DNA from: Escherichia coli 042
Lineage (GTDB): Bacteria; Pseudomonadota; Gammaproteobacteria; Enterobacterales; Enterobacteriaceae
Direction: 5' to 3' (one strand)
Assembly (NCBI RefSeq): GCF_000027125.1
Contig: NC_017626.1
DNA length: 64,000 nucleotides
Shown here: positions 1 through 11,139 of the stretch, piece by piece
Layout: each line of letters starts with the position of its first letter
How positions within the stretch are numbered: position 1 is the stretch's first letter
Translations under genes and position numbers: made by a program
The notes under the pieces: model-generated
The model's input: the letters and a program-made list of their open reading frames with translations, nothing else
What the model was told of the DNA's origin: nothing
Database searches by the model: none

Positions 1-364
1 CGGTGGTTTCGGCACCGTGTGCAACAAAATTAATTCCTGTGCCTGGCATGAAGAAATTTACCGTTATCAAGCCTAAGGCAATTGACAGCAATGAGGCGCA
101 AATAAATAAAAAGAGTGTTTTAGAAAAAATACGACCAAGGGCTTTGGCATCGCCCATTTTAGCAATACCTACCACCAGGGTAGAGACCACTAACGGAGCG
201 ATAATCATTTTTATTAGTCGTAAGAAAATCGTCGTGAATATCGATATTTCTTGCGCATAGAGTTTTGCGGTTTCCGGTGAAGCAGTGTTATTGAGCACTA
301 CGCCGATAATCATTCCAAGTACCAGCGCCAAAAGAATCATCGTGGTTAAACTTATTTTCTTCAT
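1..364 (-). CDS. Dicarboxylate/amino-acid:cation symporter (GltP/DctA family), 5' part; gene continues beyond window start
   Basis: Minus-strand reading frame from ATG at 362-364 (GGAGG 6 nt upstream) is open to position 2; translation MKKISLTTMILLALVLG...IKMIIAPLVVSTLVVGIAKMGDAKALGRI matches the conserved N-terminal helices of GltP-type transporters. The +3..260 ORF in the track is antisense to it. Confidence 0.6.
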   Translation of the reverse strand, partial: MKKISLTTMILLALVLGMIIGVVLNNTASPETAKLYAQEISIFTTIFLRLIKMIIAPLVVSTLVVGIAKMGDAKALGRIFSKTLFLFICASLLSIALGLITVNFFMPGTGINFVAHGAETT

Positions 365-524
365 TTTTTCCTCCATCAGGTGCACGGCGATAAATCAGAG
401 TCAGGAGAAGTAGATGCCTGAATAGAGATTCAGGCATCTACCTGCTATTACAACCTTACAAATAGCTGAAGTGTTGAACTGCAATAAGTGACGGGATGTC
501 AGTTGGCTAAAAGTATTCGGATTT

Positions 525-842
525 TTACAAATCGAAACTCATATTTAATAAAGGTGCATGTTGCTGTGCACCATAGACATCATTGTCACCTACATTCCCG
601 GAGATAATATCTCGTGGCATGACGATTTTTACTGCGTTAGAAGGATCAAACCAGACAATACGATGAATAAAGTCAGGTTCAACATGATATAAGCGCGCGA
701 TCAGTTCTGGGGTTAATTGCCCTGATGATTTAACTCGCTCATAGTTTTCTTTGGTTTTAAATAAAATATCTAAAACCAGTTCGTAAGGTCCGGCATTTTT
801 CGAACGAATGACTTGCGCCAGTGAGACAATTGACTGTTTCAT
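525..842 (-). CDS. DUF4387-like small protein (partner of AtuA-like protein)
   Basis: 105-aa ORF whose start overlaps the stop of the upstream 456-aa ORF (ATGA), operon context; family assignment from memory. Confidence 0.45.
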   Translation of the reverse strand: MKQSIVSLAQVIRSKNAGPYELVLDILFKTKENYERVKSSGQLTPELIARLYHVEPDFIHRIVWFDPSNAVKIVMPRDIISGNVGDNDVYGAQQHAPLLNMSFDL

Positions 843-2209
843 GCCTGAACTCCTTCTGGCGTCACCTGTTCAATATGGAAATCAAAACGCAGAGCGTCGT
901 TGGCTTCAATCAGGTGATATATGGAAAATTCGTATACTGGCCCGCCCTGGATATCAGAAGGGGAGAACGGGAACGCCAGGTTGCCTGCGGTAGCGATGCG
1001 GTTTTCATAGCCGTAGTGCAGCATGGTAGAGCGCACCAGCGAGCAAACGCTGTTGGCAATTTCCTGGGTCGGTGCAACTACATCAAGGACAATCCCCAGC
1101 TCATGCCCGGCAGTTTGCATCGGTTCATGGTCGCCCATCACCCCGTTTTTGCCGTACAGGTGGAAATTGATGCGAATGCTGTCATCGTCTAACGACAGGT
1201 TACGCGAAACGCTGGTTTTGACTTCATCGATGATTTTATCGATCCCGGCGATCATGATCGGGTCGCGCGTTCCTGCGATGGTCAGACAGCGGAAGCCCAC
1301 TCGTCGCGCACCTTCCAGTTTCAGGGCATACGGCGTTTCTTCATGCTTAGAACCGCTGACGTACACTTCGCCGTCATTGACCGCTTTAAATGTGCAGCCT
1401 TTCAGGTTCAACACGCCGCCAGGTCCAGGCAGGAAGTAGGGATCGGATTTCTCATACAGTGTGTGTGCAGCCGCTGACGTTTCGGTAAATTTACGCTTCG
1501 GATTAAATGTCTTCAGCGTAAAGCCGTTGTCATCAATGATGCCCATCGCACAGTCAGAGCCTGAGCCGGGCGTTGCGGCGATTGCTGCGCATTCAAGGAT
1601 TTTCCCACAATGCAGCGCCAGACCTTCATCAAAGCCTTGCATGATCGGTAGCGCAGCAAAACAGGCCGGGTCGTAAGCGCGCCCGCCCAGCACCACTTGC
1701 GCGCCTTCTTTCAGCGCCTGCTGGAAGGGTTCGATGCCCATTTGCGCAACGATATACGTACTTTCGTCAATCGCGTCGTGGGTTAACGGCGGGACAAAAT
1801 CCAGCGCCGTGATTTTGCCGTTATCCAGCGCCTGGTGGACGATGGCTTTGTCAACGTCTGCCGGGATCAGCGCCATCGAGAACGAGAGGTGCTCTTCCCG
1901 GGCAATCTCATGAATTATTTCTCGGCACCACTCCAGGTGTGGAGCGGCACCAGAACCGCCGGCCGTTCCGATCACCACCGGTATATTATTTTGCACGCCT
2001 GCGGTGATCATATAGCGCAGATCGCGCTTGACCCCTGCGCGATCGGTAAACGGTTTGCCCGCCCCAAGGTAGTGGGGGCCAGGATCGGAAGAGCCTGCAT
2101 CAACGGCGATCAGATCGGGCGATTCTGCCATCGCTTTGCGGAAGCTCTCCTCCGGGAATCCATACCCGAGGATTGCCGTTGGCGATAAGACTTTAAAAGA
2201 ACGAGCCAT
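839..2209 (-). CDS. DUF1446 / AtuA-like protein
   Basis: 456-aa ORF directly downstream of the methylaspartate ammonia-lyase gene; family assignment from memory of the AtuA-like fold, not verified. Confidence 0.5.
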   Translation of the reverse strand: MARSFKVLSPTAILGYGFPEESFRKAMAESPDLIAVDAGSSDPGPHYLGAGKPFTDRAGVKRDLRYMITAGVQNNIPVVIGTAGGSGAAPHLEWCREIIHEIAREEHLSFSMALIPADVDKAIVHQALDNGKITALDFVPPLTHDAIDESTYIVAQMGIEPFQQALKEGAQVVLGGRAYDPACFAALPIMQGFDEGLALHCGKILECAAIAATPGSGSDCAMGIIDDNGFTLKTFNPKRKFTETSAAAHTLYEKSDPYFLPGPGGVLNLKGCTFKAVNDGEVYVSGSKHEETPYALKLEGARRVGFRCLTIAGTRDPIMIAGIDKIIDEVKTSVSRNLSLDDDSIRINFHLYGKNGVMGDHEPMQTAGHELGIVLDVVAPTQEIANSVCSLVRSTMLHYGYENRIATAGNLAFPFSPSDIQGGPVYEFSIYHLIEANDALRFDFHIEQVTPEGVQA

Positions 2210-2212
2210 TTG

Positions 2213-3454
2213 TTAATCCTTAGCCTGCAACAGCGCGATAGTACGATTCATTTCGTTGAAGACAATATCGAGGCCTTCGTCAAAGCCCATCCCTGGTTTT
2301 ACCAGCATACGCATAGGGCGAGCGGCAAGGGCGACGTGGACACAGGTGCGGGCACTGACATCAGTTTCATTGCAGGTGCCGCCCTGGTACGCTTCCATGC
2401 TGTGGCTATTGCAGTAAAGAACCGCATCGACGATGTTGTGAATACTGCCCAGATCCGGGGTTTTGATTTGCACCATGTGGCAACTGGCGGCATCAGTGAA
2501 ATCAACAATATCCTGGTAGGTGTTACACCATTCATCGGCCACAATTTTCACGCCGGAACCGAGGCGCGTCAGCTCTTTGGTAATCGCGGTCAGCAGGCGA
2601 ATTTGATCGGGCTTGTTACCGGCATCGACCGGCCCTTCAATGTAGAGCGGCAGGCCTTGCGCTTCTTTTTCCAGGCTGGCGATGTATTGCGCACAGCGAA
2701 GCGGATCCATATCGAAGATCAGACCGATAGTGCCGTATACATCGATGTGCAGGGTTGGGTGGTAGCGTGCGCTGGTGCGCTTGCTCAGAATGCGATCCGA
2801 CAACCAGCGGACATATTCGCGCAGTTTTTCACCTTTAAAGCCCAGCTTATCTTCGACGTTATTAATCAGCGCATGGGGCAGCACGTCGATGCCTTTAAGG
2901 ATCATCTTATCGACGGCGATATATCGATCGTCGCCGCTCTGACCAAATAATGGAATGGATTCCGCCACGCGTGGCAACTGCCATTCATCACAGACCACTT
3001 CAGTTTTCAGACGGCCGGTTGCCAGCGCGGTAGCATCAAGCAGCGCCTGTGATAATCCGTAGCGCACGGCGGTATGCAGCAAGTTGCCGTCAATACGCAA
3101 TTTGTCGAAGAAACGGGCATTCGGCAGGAAAGCATCCACATCGCGGCCTACCAGTAATGGCTTGATATGGTCGTTGAGGAACGGAATAAAGTGCTCTGCG
3201 AGGAACAGTGGATCGCGACCACCTGCCCCGGAATACTGTACGGCAGCACAGTCACCTACAGCGACCGCGCCGTTTTCCAGAATCAACTGTACCGATACGC
3301 ACTCCCCGGCCTGACGTACGGCGTTAAACCCCTGTGTTACTGGCTCCCCGGTATAAAAAAAGCCGTCGTGACCCGCTCCGTTTTTTATCGCCTGCTGGTC
3401 ATCGAAATAGAATGAGGAATAGCCAGCGGTGAACAGGGCCTGTTTTATTTTCAT
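2213..3454 (-). CDS. 3-methylaspartate ammonia-lyase
   Basis: 413-aa ORF, typical length and enolase-superfamily features of methylaspartate ammonia-lyase; start overlaps stop of the upstream glutamate mutase E gene. Confidence 0.8.
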   Translation of the reverse strand: MKIKQALFTAGYSSFYFDDQQAIKNGAGHDGFFYTGEPVTQGFNAVRQAGECVSVQLILENGAVAVGDCAAVQYSGAGGRDPLFLAEHFIPFLNDHIKPLLVGRDVDAFLPNARFFDKLRIDGNLLHTAVRYGLSQALLDATALATGRLKTEVVCDEWQLPRVAESIPLFGQSGDDRYIAVDKMILKGIDVLPHALINNVEDKLGFKGEKLREYVRWLSDRILSKRTSARYHPTLHIDVYGTIGLIFDMDPLRCAQYIASLEKEAQGLPLYIEGPVDAGNKPDQIRLLTAITKELTRLGSGVKIVADEWCNTYQDIVDFTDAASCHMVQIKTPDLGSIHNIVDAVLYCNSHSMEAYQGGTCNETDVSARTCVHVALAARPMRMLVKPGMGFDEGLDIVFNEMNRTIALLQAKD

Positions 3455-4899
3455 TATGGTCTTCCTATTAATTTACTGTGGGATACAGCATTGATGTCAT
3501 CTACAACCATCTGGAATGTCGGTTGGCGTCCTTCAAAACGTGCGCGTTCCGCAACGTAATCGTGGTGGAGGTCGAGAATATCTTTTGGCAATGGAACGGC
3601 TCCGGCTTCCAGTACGCGTATCGCGCCGGTGTTATCACGGACAGGAAGAATTTTGCCCGCGTTACACGCGGCTGGTGCAAACGGCACATCCAGTACGCCC
3701 GCTTCAAATGCCAGCACCGTACCGCGCGCAATATCACCATTACCCAGTTCGAACACTTTATTGAGTACCGCGCGAACCTCGCTCTTAATCAGTTCAATTT
3801 CCAGTTCAACCGCAGGGCACGGCGGGAATTTCTGCTCATTGACCATGTTGAGCATCTGGCGGGAGGCTTTCAGCCCCTGAATGTTGGCAGCGGCAGTCGG
3901 GATTCCCCAGGCTTCGTGCGGGCTTTTGGTGATGACTTTGGTGGCACCAGACATCCCCGCGACGGCTGCGCCCCAGGAGATAATAGCGAACGCTTTCGAT
4001 TCGTCTTCCGGAAAGCCGCCCATCCACTGGTGAAACACGGTACTCAATTCATAGTCGGTATAGCCATAGCTCTGAAAATATTCGTGTGCAAGTTCACGCA
4101 GAGACTGGATCGCCGCAACATCCTGCGTCAGGCTGCCGACCTGTCCATAACCAACGGTGATAGATTTCACACCCTGTTCCAGCGCCAGCAAGCCTTCGAT
4201 TATCGCGATAGAGTGCGAGATAAACGGCGGGATCAGCGTACCCGTTAGTGGGCCAAACGGTTCGCGGTTGATGCGGATCCCGTGTTCTTCATACATCCCC
4301 ATTAAACGGTCGCAGTACTGCCAGTCGCGGATCGATTTTTCCAGCGTTACGCGCTTGGCATACGGAATATTGTAGGAAATGCCGCCGCCTTCATAACTGG
4401 TAAAGCCGCTGGCCATCGAGATTTCAGCCAGCAGACGCGCATCTGGCGTGCCGTGGCGGATCTGTAGCGGTTTTTGCAAAGTTTCGGTGAGGCGACGGCA
4501 AGCTGCGACGCCGTGGTTAACGACCGGTAAACCGTTCAGTTTAGAGGTTCCGGCTTCGATGGATTTTTTAATCCCTACAGCCGCTTCTTCGTACCGATTC
4601 AGACGGGTATATGCATCGATAGTGCTCGGCAGCAGATCGCACTCTTCTTGTAGTGTTTTCAGTAGTTCGATGTGTTCGTCCATCAGCGCCACACCTGCGC
4701 GCGGTTGGCTAAGGGTTTTACCTTCCTTGTCTGCTTTCAACAGCACAAGAGAGAAGCGTTTATGCTCAGGAATGGTTTGTTGGTATTTAACGCCATCTTC
4801 AAAGTTTTCAACATCCTTGCCGGTTTCCCAGGTTTTCAGTACCTGTTGCCGCTCGGTCATGAATTCGTCATGGGTTAATTTCTTATTTCGAAGTTCCAT
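3454..4899 (-). CDS. Glutamate mutase epsilon (E) subunit (methylaspartate mutase)
   Basis: 481-aa ORF, length and sequence character of GlmE/MutE; sits between the L and lyase genes as in clostridial mesaconate-pathway operons. Confidence 0.8.
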   Translation of the reverse strand: MELRNKKLTHDEFMTERQQVLKTWETGKDVENFEDGVKYQQTIPEHKRFSLVLLKADKEGKTLSQPRAGVALMDEHIELLKTLQEECDLLPSTIDAYTRLNRYEEAAVGIKKSIEAGTSKLNGLPVVNHGVAACRRLTETLQKPLQIRHGTPDARLLAEISMASGFTSYEGGGISYNIPYAKRVTLEKSIRDWQYCDRLMGMYEEHGIRINREPFGPLTGTLIPPFISHSIAIIEGLLALEQGVKSITVGYGQVGSLTQDVAAIQSLRELAHEYFQSYGYTDYELSTVFHQWMGGFPEDESKAFAIISWGAAVAGMSGATKVITKSPHEAWGIPTAAANIQGLKASRQMLNMVNEQKFPPCPAVELEIELIKSEVRAVLNKVFELGNGDIARGTVLAFEAGVLDVPFAPAACNAGKILPVRDNTGAIRVLEAGAVPLPKDILDLHHDYVAERARFEGRQPTFQMVVDDINAVSHSKLIGRP

Positions 4900-4917
4900 T
4901 GATTGCAGCCTTAATTG

Positions 4918-6306
4918 TTATAGGGTTAAGCATTGAATACTGGTGCGCGCGGCGGCCAGCGGATCGACTCTGGCGACGTTTGCCAGCAGTGGTAATAGCC
5001 CCCGGGAATCGCGGTAATATTCAAATTCGGTCGGTAAGAGAATGCGTTTACCGTCGTCGTTTAACTCGCGGTATTTCAACCAGTGATGCATATCGAACTG
5101 ACTGGCACGCGAGAGCCATCCGCCGGATCCGACGACTTTACGCACGGTTGTCAGGTCACGTCCCATCTGTAAATCGACATTGCCGACGCAGGTGCAGACC
5201 TCTTTTTTGGTGCCCGCATGTCTTTCGGTGGCATAACCCACACACAGTCCGGCCAGGACGGTATCGAAATATTTTTCTTCTGCATTCGCGGGTAAGTAGT
5301 CGGGATGAGCGACTAGATGACGGAGGTAATGATAAAAAGCGTCCAGCTGTGCGGGTTGCTGAGCAAAATTCACATTGACTAACTCTTTCGCACTTTCACC
5401 AACCACCATTGCCGAGACGCGCATTCCCAGATCGCCTTCCACCGTCCGTTTCACGAAGGGTTCCGGTACGCCGTGTAAAACGGTGTCGGGCGAGAGCGTG
5501 TTGGCACAGGCGGAATAGACATCGGTGGTTGCGCCACCCATGTCGATCAGCATGAACTCTTTCCAGCTGTGATCGACATTACTGATTGCCTTAACCAGTT
5601 CAAAGACTGTCCACGGTGTCGGCATTGGTTCTTCGCCTGTTTTATCAACAACGACATCCAGCCCTTTCCCTTTAACGATGCGTTTAAGGAATATGTCGCA
5701 GATAGCCTGGCGTGCAGCTAAAGGGTTCGGATGGTCAAGATCGGGCAGAACGTTGTCGACGATGGTCAGGTCTTTATGCCCTAGGATCTCCTGCACCTCG
5801 TCCTGAATATCCCGGTTTCCGGCATAAATAATGGCGCAGTCGAGTTTGGATTCTGCCAGCACACGGGCGTTATTCAGGCCGTAGCTTTCTTCTCCGCCGT
5901 CGGTGCCGCCGGTGAACAAGAGAATATCGGGCTGCGTTTCTTCCAGTGCCTGGATATCACGGCGGTTCAGCTTGTAGGCGTAATATTGCGCAATTTTAGC
6001 CCCCGCAGAGTGAGCGGTTACTTTCGCGGTTTCCAGGGTGATAGAAGGCACCAATCCCATTGCGGCAACCGCCAGCCCACCTTTGGCAGAGGAGGAATAC
6101 TTCAATGCAACCTCACCACTGTTTAACAGGGGGAGGGCATTATCTACGTTTAACACCTGGTCCAGGCTGGAGAAAAACCCCTTCGCCAGATGATGGGTGG
6201 TGGTTGGGGTCAGAACGTGGTTAACCAACGTTAACGCGTCCCCCTCCCGGGTGAAGAGGGCTGCTTTGGTCCACGTCGATCCAATATCGACAGAGACGAT
6301 TTGCAT
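4918..6306 (-). CDS. Glutamate mutase-associated protein L (MutL/GlmL, putative reactivase/chaperone)
   Basis: 462-aa ORF between S and E subunit genes; N-terminus [18 protein letters not shown] is an ASKHA/actin-like ATPase motif typical of GlmL. Confidence 0.7.
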   Translation of the reverse strand: MQIVSVDIGSTWTKAALFTREGDALTLVNHVLTPTTTHHLAKGFFSSLDQVLNVDNALPLLNSGEVALKYSSSAKGGLAVAAMGLVPSITLETAKVTAHSAGAKIAQYYAYKLNRRDIQALEETQPDILLFTGGTDGGEESYGLNNARVLAESKLDCAIIYAGNRDIQDEVQEILGHKDLTIVDNVLPDLDHPNPLAARQAICDIFLKRIVKGKGLDVVVDKTGEEPMPTPWTVFELVKAISNVDHSWKEFMLIDMGGATTDVYSACANTLSPDTVLHGVPEPFVKRTVEGDLGMRVSAMVVGESAKELVNVNFAQQPAQLDAFYHYLRHLVAHPDYLPANAEEKYFDTVLAGLCVGYATERHAGTKKEVCTCVGNVDLQMGRDLTTVRKVVGSGGWLSRASQFDMHHWLKYRELNDDGKRILLPTEFEYYRDSRGLLPLLANVARVDPLAAARTSIQCLTL

Positions 6307-6755
6307 CAGATTGCCTCTTCAAGAATGCGAGTATCAACGTCATGACGTTGGTTGATATCGTGGGCCATCAGCTGACAAACATCTTCTAAGTCATGACTTG
6401 GGGAAAAGACGCGATCAAATCCCATCTCTTTGAACTTGGTTTCCACATCAGCGAAGTCATGTTTTCCGACCACCAGGTTACCGCCCACATAGAGCAGGAT
6501 GTTACCCAGCCCACGCTCGATGCAGCGTTCGCGCATGCCCAGACAATCGATATCGCCATGCCCATAGATAGAGGAGACGACAATCGCGTCAGCACCAGTT
6601 TCAATGGCAGCATCAATATATTCGTCCTGGCTGACCATTACGCCCAGATTAATAACTCTGAAGTCATGGTTGCTAAAAACGCGGTCTAGAACTTTATTGC
6701 CTACTGCATGGCAGTCCGCGCCAATAACGCCAATCACAAGTGTTGCTTTCTTCAT
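6306..6755 (-). CDS. Glutamate mutase sigma (S) subunit, B12-binding
   Basis: 149-aa protein from [22 protein letters not shown] (DxHxxG cobalamin-binding motif); the track ORF extends 21 codons upstream but the internal Met fits the family length. Confidence 0.75.
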   Translation of the reverse strand: MKKATLVIGVIGADCHAVGNKVLDRVFSNHDFRVINLGVMVSQDEYIDAAIETGADAIVVSSIYGHGDIDCLGMRERCIERGLGNILLYVGGNLVVGKHDFADVETKFKEMGFDRVFSPSHDLEDVCQLMAHDINQRHDVDTRILEEAI

Positions 6756-7302
6756 GGGTAATCCTTTGTAAGACAGAGAGTAAAATAAGTTACACACGTC
6801 GTATTTATGGCCGCTCATAACGGCACAGGTTTAATATCACAGGAGTGTCTTTATCTGACCGTAATGTTGCAATTGATCTATTTTCAAAATGTCTTTCGGG
6901 AAATGATTGTTTAAAGTGTGTTTTCAAATTCTCATTTTAATTCAGTGTGTTATGTCAACTAATGTCATGAATGTTAAATTTTTAAAATTAACTTGATTTG
7001 ATGTATTGAGATAATTGTGATCAACTTCTAATTTGCATTTTTGTGACGTGGCTTTAGCCATGAGTAAATGCATTTCATAAAAGTTAAGACGAATTTCACT
7101 GCAATTCATCTCTGCTTAATGTAAAAATAATGTTGAAAATAACAAATAATTAATGATTCATGCGAATTATGACCTTTGTTAGCTCTTTTGATTTTTCGTA
7201 AAAAAGAAAAGTACATGAAGGTGCTACCAGTACGAGTAACGTTAATCAAAAGTTTTATTACGTCTGGCAATAACGCAGGCCATTTTTCGCGACAGGAGGG
7301 AT

Positions 7303-7725
7303 TTAATCAGTATAATCCTCATACAATAGGTCAGGATTTACTGAACCGTTAACGGGGATTTGGTGTTGAAATTTAGAAATGGCGGAGTCAATTAATGAGG
7401 ACAATATCGGAAAAATGACAGTGTCAGAATTAATTTCAATTAATCCTTCTCGTTGTTGACCAAAAAAGATATTTATCTTGATTTCATTTGTACTACGGCA
7501 ATCAATATGCAGTAATTTTTGATCGCTGAGATTTTCTGTTTCATAAATGTTTTTGGCGATAGTCGGATGTATTGATGCCAGACATCTGCTCAGATAAGCC
7601 AGATCCTTTAGGGAACACCCCGCTGAGTAGAGGATGTCAGAGAATTTTTGTGTGTCAACTGTTGTCTCTGAAGCGTATGTTGCATTGACAGGAAAGGTGT
7701 TGAAAGAGATTTGAGATGGGATCAT
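7303..7725 (-). CDS. Hypothetical protein (140 aa) in AT-rich islet
   Basis: Intact ORF in a strongly AT-rich segment, co-oriented and 80 bp downstream of the 314-aa ORF; no recognisable motif. Confidence 0.4.
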   Translation of the reverse strand: MIPSQISFNTFPVNATYASETTVDTQKFSDILYSAGCSLKDLAYLSRCLASIHPTIAKNIYETENLSDQKLLHIDCRSTNEIKINIFFGQQREGLIEINSDTVIFPILSSLIDSAISKFQHQIPVNGSVNPDLLYEDYTD

Positions 7726-7805
7726 TATTTAAATCTTTCCGTGAGTAATAAAAATTAATCCCCGGGCATTGTTTAGCAATATTTGCCACAGGGAATATAT
7801 AAAAA

Positions 7806-8750
7806 TTAAAGTATTTGATTGGCATCGGTTAACTGATCAATAACCAGTGCCAGATTGGTAAACATTTTGAAAAAGCGATACTGGCTCGGAATATCTCTTT
7901 CAAAGACGAAACATTCAATGTCATTGTTTGAAAAATAAAGGACTAGTGTTGCTGATTCGTCAGGAAAAATATGGAAATATATCTGGTTACCAGAAGGAGG
8001 ATAGTCCAGAAGAAGGGTATCTTTGCCCGTCACATACCTGTTGTGGTCGTGGATGCTGCGCTCACACTTCATCAGAGGTGTCATGATACTCATGTATTCA
8101 TCTGATGTTAATATATTAAAATCACCATCCATTTTAAAGAAACGATAAAGTAACAGTACATCCTCTTGCGTAACCGGTTCGTTTGTTTTTAGAGGGAAAT
8201 AAGTGGGAACCAGAAGATGAGGTTCTAATCTATTTTGTTGAGCGCTATAACTAAATTTGAACATAAATTCCGGATCGCTCATCAATTGAGCGACATAATT
8301 ATGCCTGGCTTCAAAAATTTTAACTTTTATCAGGTTAAATAAGTCTGTTTCGTCATCATGTATTAAAAGACATTGGCCATAGCAGCCAGGCTTTTTTTCA
8401 TTATAAGCAGAAACGGTTATTCTGTCAGGAGTGTCAACGTTATATCCAAAAGCCAGATAGTGACCTTCCTCATCGAGATTTGTTTCCAGGTTATTTAAAT
8501 TCATCACATGAAGTGTTTGCAATGCTGATTCAATGAGCTGTTGACTCTCTGAGGTAAATGTTTCGCGCTGCGTTGTATAAAGTGTATCGATTCCAACGAC
8601 TATCCGATGTGGGTCAAGGATGGCGGCAATCATCTTTATTACCTGCACAGTCATGGGTGATGTCATTGATTCTTTATCTGTTTTTAGAGGATCATTAGAT
8701 GGCCAACCTGAGAAGCGATTGACAGCAGAACTGATATTATCAGGACTCAT
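7806..8750 (-). CDS. Hypothetical protein (314 aa) in AT-rich islet
   Basis: Long intact ORF in AT-rich DNA between the glutamate mutase operon and the cydA regulatory region; no recognisable family. Confidence 0.45.
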   Translation of the reverse strand: MSPDNISSAVNRFSGWPSNDPLKTDKESMTSPMTVQVIKMIAAILDPHRIVVGIDTLYTTQRETFTSESQQLIESALQTLHVMNLNNLETNLDEEGHYLAFGYNVDTPDRITVSAYNEKKPGCYGQCLLIHDDETDLFNLIKVKIFEARHNYVAQLMSDPEFMFKFSYSAQQNRLEPHLLVPTYFPLKTNEPVTQEDVLLLYRFFKMDGDFNILTSDEYMSIMTPLMKCERSIHDHNRYVTGKDTLLLDYPPSGNQIYFHIFPDESATLVLYFSNNDIECFVFERDIPSQYRFFKMFTNLALVIDQLTDANQIL

Positions 8751-9555
8751 AGCAGCAACCTCATTGTAATCAAGCGAGGCGCTGAGCGTACTCGGCTATA
8801 GAAAAACTAACTTGCAAAAATCGCTCATTTTTCATTTATCAGGCGAAAGTGGTCTCTGTTCACTCAGAAACAATCACTCCCGCTAAGTCATACCTGTTTC
8901 ATCGATACATTTAAGTGATTATTACTAATGAAACAATAACATAACGGGCTTACGGCCGGTGCTCATAAAGGCAACAATCAATTAACTTTGATAAAAATAT
9001 GTTATGTAAAATAGCAACAAATTGGCTACTCTAATCAATTGGTATTATAAAAAGTGGATAGGGCGGTTCTGTTAAATAAAACACTGGTTTTTTATCTATA
9101 CTTTTTCATTGTAATAATTGTGTTGCATAAATATTTCACAATAAATTAACAATAAAATTACCAATGATCTATGGTTTATACATAATTAACATATTTGGTT
9201 GATTTTGATATAAATCAATTTTTAATTCTTGAAAAAAATCTGCAAAACACGATAAATTGTCGTAGATCAAATTGGTGAGATCGTGACAATTTCGCTATAA
9301 ATTGATCACTGTCGAAAAATGCAAATTTGCTCAATAAAAACCTGTTTATTGTAAGGATTTTGCGGCGTAATATAATTACGGGATCAATTTGGTTTATTCA
9401 TTAACATATTTGTAACTTTTTTATCATTGTCTTTTCCTCTTTTGATGAAATGGCAACGATAGAGGCGAGCAAATAATTTTGTATTGGGGCATGCGTGTGA
9501 CCCTTTCTAACGGGGTTCACTCTCGGAGTCTTCATGCGATGAGCAAGGAGTCATG

Positions 9556-11124
9556 ATGTTAGATATAGTCGAACTGTCGCGCTTACAGTTTGCCTTGACC
9601 GCGATGTACCACTTCCTTTTTGTGCCACTGACGCTCGGTATGGCGTTCCTGCTGGCCATTATGGAAACGGTCTACGTCCTTTCCGGCAAACAGATTTATA
9701 AAGATATGACCAAGTTCTGGGGCAAGTTGTTTGGTATCAACTTCGCTCTGGGTGTGGCTACCGGTCTGACCATGGAGTTCCAGTTCGGGACTAACTGGTC
9801 TTACTATTCCCACTATGTAGGGGATATCTTCGGTGCGCCGCTGGCAATCGAAGGTCTAATGGCCTTCTTCCTCGAATCCACCTTTGTAGGTCTGTTCTTC
9901 TTCGGTTGGGATCGTCTGGGTAAAGTTCAGCATATGTGTGTCACCTGGCTGGTGGCGCTCGGTTCAAACCTGTCCGCACTGTGGATTCTGGTTGCGAACG
10001 GCTGGATGCAAAACCCAATCGCGTCCGATTTCAACTTTGAAACTATGCGTATGGAGATGGTGAGCTTCTCCGAGCTGGTGCTTAACCCGGTTGCTCAGGT
10101 GAAATTCGTTCACACTGTAGCGTCTGGTTATGTGACTGGCGCGATGTTCATCCTCGGTATCAGCGCATGGTATATGCTGAAAGGTCGTGACTTCGCCTTC
10201 GCTAAACGCTCCTTTGCTATCGCTGCCAGCTTCGGTATGGCTGCCGTTCTGTCTGTTATTGTTCTGGGTGATGAATCTGGTTACGAAATGGGCGACGTGC
10301 AGAAAACCAAACTGGCTGCTATTGAAGCCGAGTGGGAAACGCAACCTGCGCCTGCTGCCTTTACTCTGTTCGGCATTCCTGATCAGGAAGAGGAGACGAA
10401 CAAATTTGCGATCCAGATCCCTTACGCGCTGGGCATCATTGCAACGCGTTCCGTGGATACTCCAGTTATCGGCCTGAAAGAACTGATGGTGCAGCATGAA
10501 GAACGCATTCGTAACGGGATGAAGGCGTACTCTCTGCTCGAGCAACTGCGTTCTGGTTCTACCGACCAGGCGGTTCGTGACCAGTTCAATAGCATGAAGA
10601 AAGACCTCGGTTACGGTCTGCTGCTGAAACGCTATACGCCAAACGTGGCTGATGCGACTGAAGCGCAGATTCAACAGGCAACCAAAGACTCCATTCCGCG
10701 TGTAGCGCCGCTGTACTTCGCGTTCCGTATCATGGTGGCGTGTGGCTTCCTGCTGCTGGCAATCATCGCGCTCTCTTTCTGGAGTGTCATCCGCAACCGC
10801 ATTGGCGAGAAAAAATGGCTGCTGCGCGCCGCGCTGTACGGTATTCCGCTGCCGTGGATTGCTGTAGAAGCGGGCTGGTTCGTGGCTGAATATGGCCGCC
10901 AACCGTGGGCTATCGGTGAAGTGCTGCCGACAGCTGTGGCGAACTCGTCACTGACCGCAGGCGATCTCATCTTCTCAATGGTGCTGATTTGCGGCCTGTA
11001 TACCCTGTTCCTGGTGGCAGAATTGTTCTTAATGTTCAAGTTTGCACGCCTCGGCCCAAGCAGCCTGAAAACCGGTCGCTATCACTTTGAGCAGTCTTCC
11101 ACGACTACTCAGCCGGCACGCTAA
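9556..11124 (+). CDS. cydA: Cytochrome bd-I ubiquinol oxidase subunit I
   Basis: Translation [63 protein letters not shown] matches E. coli CydA; the track ORF starts one Met earlier at 9553. Confidence 0.95.
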
Positions 11125-11139
11125 GACAGGAGTCGTCAA

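Noticed and set aside
3-260. 85-aa plus-strand ORF at the window start
   Set aside because: Antisense to the better-supported GltP-family transporter gene on the minus strand (1-364).
9964-10902. 312-aa minus-strand ORF
   Set aside because: Antisense to cydA.
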